Position numbers and translations under genes: made by a program
Notes under the pieces: model-generated
Databases searched by the model: none
Seen by the model: only the letters and a program-made list of their open reading frames with translations
Told to the model about the DNA's origin: nothing
DNA from: Sphaerochaetaceae bacterium
Lineage (GTDB): Bacteria; Spirochaetota; Spirochaetia; Sphaerochaetales; Sphaerochaetaceae
Assembly: GCA_024405065.1 (NCBI GenBank)
Contig: JAKSPF010000001.1
Span: 1-26,333 of the forward strand
Reading direction: 5' to 3'
Length of the DNA: 26,333 nt
Shown here: positions 1-7,967 of the stretch, in pieces
How the letters are laid out: every line of letters begins with the position of its first letter
Position numbering within the stretch: the first letter of the stretch is position 1

Positions 1-1
1 T

Positions 2-751
2 GCTCATTCTGAAGAAATCACAGCTGCCGGAATGGTACCCGGATTCGGTTCGCCCATAGGCTGTAAGGAAGATACGGTTGTAATAGTTGATGATTCGGTT
101 GCAAAATCCAACAACCTTGTTGCCGGTGCAAACAAAGAAGGTTTTCACTATCTGAATACAAATTACGGAACAGACTACACAGGTTTTGTTGCAGATATTG
201 CAAGCGCACAAAACGGTTTTATCTGTCCGCAATGCGGTCAGAAACTTACCTCTTCAAAGGGTGTTGAAGTGGGAAATATTTTCCAGCTCGGCACACGTTA
301 CTCTGAGGCAATGAACTGCTACTATCAGGATGAAAACGGACAGAGAAAACCTGTTGTAATGGGAAGCTACGGAATAGGCATAGGCAGGCTTTTGGCGTGT
401 CTTTGTGAACACTACAATGATGAAAAGGGTCTGAAACTTCCTTTAGCTGTAGCTCCTTATCAAATTCATTTTATTTCTCTTGTAAAAAATTGCAAAATAT
501 CGGATGATATATACGGTGAGCTTGAGTCTGCCGGATTTGAAGTTCTGTATGATGACAGAAATGAAACGGCTGGTGTAAAGTTTGCAGATGCTGATTTGAT
601 AGGTATTCCTATCCGTATCACGCTCGGTACAAAAAGCCTTGCGGAAGGAAAGTGTGAAGTCAAGTTGAGGAGTAATCCTGATGAAACGCTGAACTTCGGA
701 ATTGACACTGTTGTATCGGAGATGAAAGCCCTCCTAACAAGGCTCGTATAG
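2..751 (+). CDS. proS: Prolyl-tRNA synthetase, C-terminal part (5' end lies outside the window)
   Basis: Frame is open from base 2. Class II motifs GVEVGNIFQLGTRYS and MGSYGIGIGRL, and anticodon-binding domain YDDRNETAGVKFADADLIGIP. Confidence 0.95.
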   Translation, partial: AHSEEITAAGMVPGFGSPIGCKEDTVVIVDDSVAKSNNLVAGANKEGFHYLNTNYGTDYTGFVADIASAQNGFICPQCGQKLTSSKGVEVGNIFQLGTRYSEAMNCYYQDENGQRKPVVMGSYGIGIGRLLACLCEHYNDEKGLKLPLAVAPYQIHFISLVKNCKISDDIYGELESAGFEVLYDDRNETAGVKFADADLIGIPIRITLGTKSLAEGKCEVKLRSNPDETLNFGIDTVVSEMKALLTRLV

Positions 752-807
752 GATTGAGGGTCACCTTCTTGGTTGATTGTTTTACCTGAGCCTTGAATCA
801 ATACCTT

Positions 808-847
808 GGGCTGTTGCGTTCCCCCACAATGCGCAGCCCTTTTTTTT
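808..847 (+). terminator. Intrinsic terminator downstream of proS
   Basis: GGGCTG (808-813) pairs with CAGCCC (834-839), with further internal pairing, followed by T8 (840-847). Confidence 0.8.
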
Positions 848-966
848 ATTTAATAGATTATCATCCGATTTTTTGTGATAAGCTAATTGCAAATTGCGAT
901 TAGATGAGCCTGAAACGGCACTACGTCCGTTGCCGGAATTACTGATGTTGATTTGCAAAGTCAAAT

Positions 967-2142
967 TCAGGATTTATGAAGAGAGTTTTGAAAGTTGCTC
1001 CACAGGGAACAAAAAGGTTTTACAGCAATGTCCTTATAAGACATTGAATCAGTTCCGTCGTATAAGACTAATCCGGAAACGGAATCTGAATATTCCGAAT
1101 TAAATTTCTCGATACCTTTTGTCCAAGTTGTCTGAAAAGTTTTTGTAGACTTTATTTCAACAGGTTGAATTTTTCTTCCTCTTTCTATTACCAAATCTAC
1201 TTCTATTCCATCTGATGTTCTGTAGTAATACATTTTTTCCGACTTCAGTTCATTGAAGTTTCTCTTTATGTATTCAAGAACTACTAAATTCTCAAATAAT
1301 GCCCCGTAAGCTTTGTCTTTCCGTAATTGCTCTGTATCTCTTATTCCGAGTAGTGCACAAGCCAAGCCGGTGTCATAAAAATAAAGTTTCGGGGACTTCA
1401 CTAATCTTTTTGTTTTATTTACGAAGTAGGGTTGCAGTTGAAAACAAATAAACGATGTTTCAAGAATTGACAACCACTCGTAAACAGTTTTTGTTGACAC
1501 TCCACAATCCTTTGCCAGACCGGTAATATCAAGAATATTCCCTATTCTATTTGCACAAAGTACAACAAATTTTCTAAAAAGAGCAGCATCTTTAATTTTT
1601 AATACTTCACGAACATCTTTTTCTACATAGGTAGAAATATAGTTTTCAAAAAATGGTCCGACTGACATTTTATTTGAAAGCAGTCTTGGGTATCCTCCAT
1701 ATAAGATTCTTTCACTTGCGTTGTCGGAAGAATACAATTTTTCTGCTTCTTTCATAGAAAAGGGCAGAAGATTGAAAATAGCAACCCTTCCTGAAAGAGA
1801 TTGGCTGACCGCCTGCATCAGGAGAAGGTTATTTGAACCCGTAAGAATAAACATATTAGGCACATTGACTTGGTCTACAATACCTTGAATATAGGACAAA
1901 ATTGCCGGAACTTTCTGAATTTCGTCCAAGATTGCCCCGTTTGGGTAATTACTTAAAAAACCGATCGGATCATTTTCTGCTCTCTCTCTTACATCCGGAG
2001 TTTCCATTGATACATATGGTTTGTCTGTGAACAGCATTTTACACAATGTTGTTTTTCCGGATTGCCTTGGTCCCTGTATTAAGATTACAGGATATTCTCT
2101 TGCAATTTCAGTAAGCTTGTCTTTAATTTCTCTTTCAATCAT
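967..2142 (-). CDS. AAA-family ATPase with C-terminal DUF4143 / PD-(D/E)xK-like domain
   Basis: Walker A GPRQSGKT, Walker B ILDEIQ, LTGSN, PKLYFYDTGL, FENLV, and C-terminal EVDLVIE...VEIKS. 391 aa. Confidence 0.88.
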   Translation of the reverse strand: MIEREIKDKLTEIAREYPVILIQGPRQSGKTTLCKMLFTDKPYVSMETPDVRERAENDPIGFLSNYPNGAILDEIQKVPAILSYIQGIVDQVNVPNMFILTGSNNLLLMQAVSQSLSGRVAIFNLLPFSMKEAEKLYSSDNASERILYGGYPRLLSNKMSVGPFFENYISTYVEKDVREVLKIKDAALFRKFVVLCANRIGNILDITGLAKDCGVSTKTVYEWLSILETSFICFQLQPYFVNKTKRLVKSPKLYFYDTGLACALLGIRDTEQLRKDKAYGALFENLVVLEYIKRNFNELKSEKMYYYRTSDGIEVDLVIERGRKIQPVEIKSTKTFQTTWTKGIEKFNSEYSDSVSGLVLYDGTDSMSYKDIAVKPFCSLWSNFQNSLHKS

Positions 2143-2153
2143 AAGCCAACAGT

Positions 2154-2182
2154 ATCATAATTCTTGCAAAATGGGAAGTAAA
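2154..2182 (-). promoter_or_regulatory. Putative sigma70 promoter TTTACT-N17-TATGAT for the AAA ATPase
   Basis: -35 at 2182-2177 and -10 at 2159-2154, with the ATG 11 nt further on and no Shine-Dalgarno. Confidence 0.5.
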
Positions 2183-2229
2183 AGTCTTGCAAAACGGGAA
2201 GTAAAAGTCTTGCAAAACGGGAAGTAAAG
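2162..2229. repeat. Three tandem copies of a 23-bp unit TCTTGCAAAA(C/T)GGGAAGTAAAAG
   Basis: Units at 2162-2184, 2185-2207 and 2208-2229 (the last is one A shorter). Confidence 0.95.
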
Positions 2230-2264
2230 AAAGTGCAGAAATACTTAGAGACCAAACCCATATC

Positions 2265-3977
2265 TTATTTTACAGCATAGTTGCTGCAATCAATAAAATC
2301 GTCTTTTTCTTGTGAAAGTTTCAGCATATCAACTTTTCCGCCCTGATTTTTAGGGAAGCTGTCACGTATTTTAATCAGCTTCGGAAGAACCGGAATATCC
2401 TTGCAATCCGACAAGATGGCAAACAACTTCTCCGCAAGAGCATCTTTGTCCGTTATCGGTTGATTCGGTATGATGTGAACAGAATAGACATTTTTCCCAT
2501 TATACATCATATTAACCATCTTGATACACGACACTTCAGGCTCCTTTTTCAGGACATTTTCCACAATATAAGGGTAAACACACTTACCGTCCGGAGCGAC
2601 AAACCTTTGACTGATTCTTCCGAGAACAGTCAATTCTCCGTTATGATTCATTACTCCCAAATCTCCGGTACGAACCCATTTTCTGCCTTCTTCATCTCTG
2701 ATAAAAAAGTTTTTTGTTTCTTTTGGGTCGTATATGTACTCCCTCATGGCAGTAGGTGTGTATATGAATATCTCTCCTGTTTCTCCGTATTGCTTTTCTT
2801 TCAGTGTATCGTGGTCAAAAATTGAAACGGTATTGTACGGAACTGCCACCCCGGCACAGACAGGATTTTTCAGGTTATACGGAGCAAAGGTGACCATGCT
2901 GTTGGTTTCCGACATTCCATACATATTCCGCAACCGGTCTTTTGCTCTTTTCTCTTTCAGAAATCCGGTGATTGTATTGTATTCAACTTCAGAAACAGCT
3001 TCCCCTATTGTGTAGGCACATTTCACATCCGAAAGGTCAAGTTCTCCGGAGAAAGAAGCAATCATTGCAAGCCACAGTGACGGAGGAGAAAAAAGAATAT
3101 TTGCACGATACAAAGCTGAATCTTTGAGAAAGGTCGCAAACGGATACTTTCCCGGGTATCGCGGGTGTTGGAGAACGGTAAGCCCCATCATAAGCGGTAC
3201 TAAAAGAAGTAAAGACGTTCCGGAAACAACTCCCGTTGAAAGAGTTGCAGAAAGTACATCTCCTCTGTTCCAGTCAAACCCTGCCCTGCGGACAATTTTT
3301 TCCAAAGCGATATAACTCCTGTTTTCCATTACGATTCCTTTGGGTGCTCCTGTAGAACCTGTTGATGCTGAAATCGTAAGAGGAAAATATCCTCCCCACA
3401 CTTCTTCTGCACATTCGGTTATTTTGAAATTGAGAAAAACATCCCACGTGCAGATATTGGATGAAGATTCACTGTATTCTTTATCGGAGCAATCTTCTCC
3501 TATCGGTTTGTCATAGGGCAGAATCACTATATGCGACAGTTCATCCGCCGCATTGTTTTCAGAAAATCTGAGATACACATCATTTGTACAGAATATCAGA
3601 GGAATATCAATATCCGACACCGCATGTATGAATAACTCAGAAGTTGTTCTGTCTGTCAGAATCATTACTCCGACGCCGATTTTACTGCAGGCAAGAAGAA
3701 TGGAAACAGCCTGAGGAGAGTTTGCCCCGAGCAAAATCATTTCTCCTTTCCTTATGTTCAGGGATGTCATGATATCAGCCACTCTGTTTGCCTGACAGAT
3801 AAGTTGCTTATAACTTATTCTCTTCCCCATAAAAATAAGTGCAGCATCATCTTGGTGTTGTTCATTTGCCTCAACAATTGCTCTGTACACTGACATATCG
3901 GTGTCTTTATACTTTAGAACATCCTTATTGTGCAGAACAGATGAAGGATGATTTTTTGTTTTTCCAAGCCGCAACAT
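2265..3977 (-). CDS. Class I adenylate-forming enzyme (AMP-dependent acyl-CoA ligase-like)
   Basis: STGSTGAPKG, YGMSET, WVRTGDLG, GR hinge and terminal GGKVD lysine. SD GAGAGG lies 8 nt before the ATG at 3977. Confidence 0.85.
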   Translation of the reverse strand: MLRLGKTKNHPSSVLHNKDVLKYKDTDMSVYRAIVEANEQHQDDAALIFMGKRISYKQLICQANRVADIMTSLNIRKGEMILLGANSPQAVSILLACSKIGVGVMILTDRTTSELFIHAVSDIDIPLIFCTNDVYLRFSENNAADELSHIVILPYDKPIGEDCSDKEYSESSSNICTWDVFLNFKITECAEEVWGGYFPLTISASTGSTGAPKGIVMENRSYIALEKIVRRAGFDWNRGDVLSATLSTGVVSGTSLLLLVPLMMGLTVLQHPRYPGKYPFATFLKDSALYRANILFSPPSLWLAMIASFSGELDLSDVKCAYTIGEAVSEVEYNTITGFLKEKRAKDRLRNMYGMSETNSMVTFAPYNLKNPVCAGVAVPYNTVSIFDHDTLKEKQYGETGEIFIYTPTAMREYIYDPKETKNFFIRDEEGRKWVRTGDLGVMNHNGELTVLGRISQRFVAPDGKCVYPYIVENVLKKEPEVSCIKMVNMMYNGKNVYSVHIIPNQPITDKDALAEKLFAILSDCKDIPVLPKLIKIRDSFPKNQGGKVDMLKLSQEKDDFIDCSNYAVK

Positions 3978-4119
3978 TCTGTCTTCCTCTCTTTTTTACC
4001 CTTGTTTTTAATCGTATCGTTTACAGATGCTTTTGCTTTGAATTATTAAGTTACAGTATCAGTGTCTCCATTTCAATAAGGTTTCTGTCAGGATTATAAA
4101 ATTTTACTACTCGCTAACC

Positions 4120-4134
4120 ATGACTGTGAGTCAT
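4120..4134. promoter_or_regulatory. Possible operator palindrome ATGACT-gtg-AGTCAT in the divergent intergenic region
   Basis: Perfect 6-bp inverted repeat about 20 nt upstream of a minus-strand TATAAT (4098-4093). Function unknown. Confidence 0.25.
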
Positions 4135-4315
4135 TGTTGCAAGGTATGTATTCCGATGGTGAGACATATACATCAAAAGATTTTACTTTGAGGAAAGTAA
4201 CGGCAAACATGCTGTCTGCCGATATAATGGAAATGTTTTTTATTTAAAATTAGCTCTGTGTTTTATACTGCAAAAGCAAGTTCAGAATTCATGAATGGAA
4301 TTTGGCAATTGGCTT

Positions 4316-4324
4316 TGGTATAAT
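4316..4324 (+). promoter_or_regulatory. Extended -10 promoter TG-G-TATAAT, 6 nt before ATG 4331 (leaderless architecture)
   Basis: TGGTATAAT-GGAAGA-ATG read directly from the sequence. Confidence 0.65.
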
Positions 4325-4330
4325 GGAAGA

Positions 4331-5290
4331 ATGGATGTATGTTTTGAAATGGTTTCCGATGCCGTAATTACGTTGCAAGGCAAGGCACGGAAAACCCCGA
4401 TACTCAGTTCAGCTTTTCTAGGTGAAAATCTTTTTTTGAAGGCAGAAAATCTGCAAAAAACAGGTTCTTTCAAGTTCAGGGGTTCTTTGAACAAGATACA
4501 ATCTCTCTCTGATGATGAGTTGTCACACGGCATAATTGCCTGTTCTTCCGGAAATCACGCACAGGGTGTTGCTCTTGCCGCATCAAAAATTGGAATAAAA
4601 TCCATAATTTGTATGTCTGAGCGTGCTTCAAAACAGAAAATAAATGCCACAAAATCATACGGCGGAGAGGTACTTCTTGTTCCGGGATCCTATGACGATG
4701 CAGCAAAAAAAGCTGAAGAACTGCGTAAAGAAAACGGCTATACCTTAGTTCACCCTTTCAATGATCCGTTTGTAATTGCAGGTCAGGGTACAATAGGAGT
4801 AGAAATTGCAGAGCAGGTTCCCGATGTTCAACAGATTCTTGTACCTGTAGGTGGCGGCGGACTGATAAGCGGTATTGCTCTTGCAATCAAAACCCTCAAA
4901 CCTTGTTGTAAAGTAATCGGAGTACAAGCGGCAAACGTTCCGTCAATGTTCTCTTCAATGGCAGCAAGAAAGATTGTTTCCGTCAAAGAAAACAAAGAAA
5001 CACTTGCAGACGGCATTCACGTTCTGACTCCGGGAGACATCACCTTTGCAATGGTTAACAAATATGTTGATGACATAGTCACTGTCTCTGAAAAAGAAAT
5101 AATGGATGCCATGGTGAAATTGCTGGCATACTCCAAGACCGTGGTGGAAGGAGCCGGTGCGGTATCCGTTGCGGCCTTCCTTTCAGATAAAGTAGATAAA
5201 AACCTCAAAACAGTCTGTGTTGTTTCCGGCGGAAATGTTGACTTGGAAGTTCTGAACACAGCCATAAGCATTGAGTCCGGCCTTATATAA
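4331..5290 (+). CDS. ilvA: Threonine ammonia-lyase (PLP-dependent dehydratase), short form without regulatory domain. Start re-assigned from 4295 to 4331.
   Basis: KAENLQKTGSFKFRG (PLP lysine), SSGNHAQG, VPVGGGGLISG, VVSGGNVD. Confidence 0.92.
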   Translation: MDVCFEMVSDAVITLQGKARKTPILSSAFLGENLFLKAENLQKTGSFKFRGSLNKIQSLSDDELSHGIIACSSGNHAQGVALAASKIGIKSIICMSERASKQKINATKSYGGEVLLVPGSYDDAAKKAEELRKENGYTLVHPFNDPFVIAGQGTIGVEIAEQVPDVQQILVPVGGGGLISGIALAIKTLKPCCKVIGVQAANVPSMFSSMAARKIVSVKENKETLADGIHVLTPGDITFAMVNKYVDDIVTVSEKEIMDAMVKLLAYSKTVVEGAGAVSVAAFLSDKVDKNLKTVCVVSGGNVDLEVLNTAISIESGLI

Positions 5291-5314
5291 TGTCTGAAAA
5301 AAACACTTACTCTG

Positions 5315-7966
5315 TTATTTGATTTTGACCCATTTTGTTGGGTCAAAAATGTTGTCTTTCACGGTCCACCATTCTCCGTTTCCTACACCGAATTTTGTAG
5401 CAGATTGGTGACCGTTTACAAATATGGGTTGTGGCATTACAAATTTGTTTTTGTTATTTATTTCTTTTCCCGTAAAAGGATTAACCGCATTAAACAGTCC
5501 ATTCACAGCCAGCGTAGGACTGTCCGCATTTGTCATAAATTCATTGGAGACTGTAAACCCATGTGAATTAAAATCTTTTACAAGCATTATGGGATTAAAA
5601 CATCCACCTGCACCTTTAACAATACCATCACCCAAGTCAAATCCGTGATCAGACGTGAGAATAATCCTTGTATTATCATAAACTCCGCATTCCCTCAGAT
5701 AATCAAACCATTCACCCAAAGTAATCAGTGCTGCAAGCTGACACCTGATGTGATAGACAGTAATATAATTTGAAGTATCTAAAATACCCCCCCCCATCGC
5801 AGATACAACCGTATCTGCAGTAACAAAAGGAACCTTATCTTTCACAGTAGAAATGGGAGCAGTAACCTCTGAGATAGTTCCGCTATGAGGTGTTGTATTC
5901 TGTAGCATCAGAAAGGTGTTGTCTTGCCCATCCTCAATTTCCACAATATCCGTCAAACTCAAGAGTGTTGAATATTCATTTGCAAAGTGGGCATCAATCA
6001 CATCTGATGAAGTGGTAACATAGGAACCGGTATCGTAAAAAGGATCGTACAAAAAAAGCGGACAGCACTTCATAATCGGGAACCAAAAGTAATTGTGCAA
6101 AAAAGACCTTACATCCGATACCGAATATTTCTGTTCATACGCAAAACGAAAAACACCGTTCAGATCATAGGCTTTGACATTCTCATACCCGTCATAAATA
6201 CTTAAATCAGAAAATCGGACGTATTCCTCCGTAGGAGGATTTATCACGGTAACATCGTATCCTTCATCAGAAAAAACCGCCGGTAAGACTTTCAATGCTT
6301 CATTGTGTCTTACATGCAAAGATTCTTCCGGTCTGTTGTTTATTGCATCAGGAGTATATTCATACCCTCCGAATAAGGCGGGACTACCTGTTGTTGTCCA
6401 TCCGCCGAACGATACGGTATTAGGATAGAACGTAAAACCGTCATATAGATTTTTCAGTTGAGGATAAAGCGTCAGCTCAAACGGAAAAAGATAACCGGGA
6501 GCCCTGTCAAGCATTATAACAATTACATTTTTCCCTGTTCTGCTCATAGCAAAAAGCTTTTTTTCTGCAGATATTTTATCCGTTTTGGTCACATGAACGG
6601 TTTTGAGCCTGACACCTATGGTCACAATATTCACAAGACAGATGGAAATTACAGTTATAAGAAAAATCACAGTCAGAGATTGTGTAAACTTTCTGAATCT
6701 GAAAAATATAAGGCAAACTACAGATATCACTGCAATGTCTACAACAACATTGAAAAGCATCTGTTTTGAAGTAAAAATTACCTCTTTGTCGTAAATCAGA
6801 TTATATGACAGAATCCCGAGGTCCTTTCCGAAAAACAGGAAATTCACCAACCCCACAACAAAAAACGCAAGCATTACACAACTGAGCATTTTTTTAAATT
6901 TTCCCTGCATAAGAACATAGTAAATATTCACCCACACAAGAAACAGACCGCCGAACATACAGAGCGTAGTCATCAAAACTCTTGAAATACTCATCGGAGC
7001 AGGAGAAAATTCAGCGGGAGAGGACTTTATTACAGATGACGGTATGAGCAAACCCATCAGCAGTGTCAGCAATATACAAGAAACATAGAATATGTGTTTG
7101 TATGTACCCTGCTCATCTTCCTGAGCGTATTGCTTTTCTGTATTCAGAAAACTGCACAGCAAAGGGATACTTCCGGCAACACAGATTGCAACAAAAAACA
7201 TCATTTTCTTGAAATTTGATGCGTATCCCATTTTGATTGCAACCATCAATATCACAACTCCGGCCAGTGCACACAGGTAATATCCGAATCTCTTATATTT
7301 CTTTGATAAATTTCCGACCAGATTTTTTCCCAAGGAGAACACATTGTTCATTGTCCAGTAAAGTACAAGCCCTGACGGACTGTTATACAACAACACCAAA
7401 AATACCAGTGCCATTATGTACAGCTGCAACTTTTCTTTCAGCTTGAACCCTCTTGTGTATATTGCTCCGGACACTATGTTTACAAGTGTCATCACCACAG
7501 GAAGCACATTTATCGTAACTCCCGCAAAACTTATCAATGCATCAGGTTTTGCCAGATTACTGAAACAGAAAAAACTCACCCCTTCCAGAAGTTTCAGTTT
7601 TGACAGATAGTTATACGCTGCCATGAAAAACGGTATCTGCAATAACAAAGATATTGCTCCGCGCAATGCATATATCGGCTTATAATTCTGCTCCCTGTAG
7701 TATGCAGAAAGCACCATTACACGTTTGTCTCCATGATAACAGCGTTTTATCTGATTTACCCACTTCTCCATGGATTTCTGCTTGTTCCGTTCTTCTTCCT
7801 GTATGGCATCAGACCTTTTGTACAGTGGCAGAACCAACAATTGGACAATCAGACTTACTCCGATTATTGATATTCCCGGATTTTCGGAAAATCTGTAGAT
7901 TATCGCAAATACAAATTCTATTATAAATTCTATCGGTCCTATCAGAAGTGCATAAAAAAGGTTCAT
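5315..7966 (-). CDS. YidC/Oxa1 core fused to ~7 extra TM helices and an LtaS/alkaline-phosphatase-superfamily phosphotransferase domain (copy B, 883 aa)
   Basis: YidC motifs LLLQIPFF, NLAKPD, VLPVVM, PSGLVLYWTMNN. C-terminal NVIVIMLDR, FYPNTVSFGGWT, TTPH, IILTSDHG, TNAD. Confidence 0.85.
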   Translation of the reverse strand: MNLFYALLIGPIEFIIEFVFAIIYRFSENPGISIIGVSLIVQLLVLPLYKRSDAIQEEERNKQKSMEKWVNQIKRCYHGDKRVMVLSAYYREQNYKPIYALRGAISLLLQIPFFMAAYNYLSKLKLLEGVSFFCFSNLAKPDALISFAGVTINVLPVVMTLVNIVSGAIYTRGFKLKEKLQLYIMALVFLVLLYNSPSGLVLYWTMNNVFSLGKNLVGNLSKKYKRFGYYLCALAGVVILMVAIKMGYASNFKKMMFFVAICVAGSIPLLCSFLNTEKQYAQEDEQGTYKHIFYVSCILLTLLMGLLIPSSVIKSSPAEFSPAPMSISRVLMTTLCMFGGLFLVWVNIYYVLMQGKFKKMLSCVMLAFFVVGLVNFLFFGKDLGILSYNLIYDKEVIFTSKQMLFNVVVDIAVISVVCLIFFRFRKFTQSLTVIFLITVISICLVNIVTIGVRLKTVHVTKTDKISAEKKLFAMSRTGKNVIVIMLDRAPGYLFPFELTLYPQLKNLYDGFTFYPNTVSFGGWTTTGSPALFGGYEYTPDAINNRPEESLHVRHNEALKVLPAVFSDEGYDVTVINPPTEEYVRFSDLSIYDGYENVKAYDLNGVFRFAYEQKYSVSDVRSFLHNYFWFPIMKCCPLFLYDPFYDTGSYVTTSSDVIDAHFANEYSTLLSLTDIVEIEDGQDNTFLMLQNTTPHSGTISEVTAPISTVKDKVPFVTADTVVSAMGGGILDTSNYITVYHIRCQLAALITLGEWFDYLRECGVYDNTRIILTSDHGFDLGDGIVKGAGGCFNPIMLVKDFNSHGFTVSNEFMTNADSPTLAVNGLFNAVNPFTGKEINNKNKFVMPQPIFVNGHQSATKFGVGNGEWWTVKDNIFDPTKWVKIK
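5787..5795 (-). repeat. G9 homopolymer inside the catalytic domain of copy B, currently in frame (ATG GGG GGG GGT)
   Basis: C9 on the + strand at 5787-5795. No other G/C run of this length was noticed in the window. Confidence 0.9.
7320..7956. repeat. 637-bp direct repeat, copy 1 (identical to 10024-10660)
   Basis: Line-by-line comparison found no mismatch at offset 2704. Shadow ORFs 7416/10120 and 7654/10358 also translate identically. Confidence 0.95.
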
Positions 7967-7967
7967 A

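Noticed and set aside
895-960. TAGATGAG..GAAAC resembling a hammerhead ribozyme core
   Set aside because: The required CUGAUGA core and flanking stems are absent.
4201-4221. GGCAAAC-containing hairpin suggesting a c-di-GMP-I riboswitch
   Set aside because: Only a simple 8-bp hairpin. No GAAA tetraloop, GACGCAAAG segment or second stem.
4295-4330. ORF-track start of the dehydratase at 4295
   Set aside because: The extension encodes the promoter itself (TGGTATAAT) and no family-like residues. ATG 4331 is preferred.
5323-5348. Perfect 10-bp inverted repeat TTTTGACCCA/TGGGTCAAAA in the last codons of fusion copy B
   Set aside because: Followed by A-rich rather than U-rich sequence on both strands, and not present at the end of copy A. 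No supported function.
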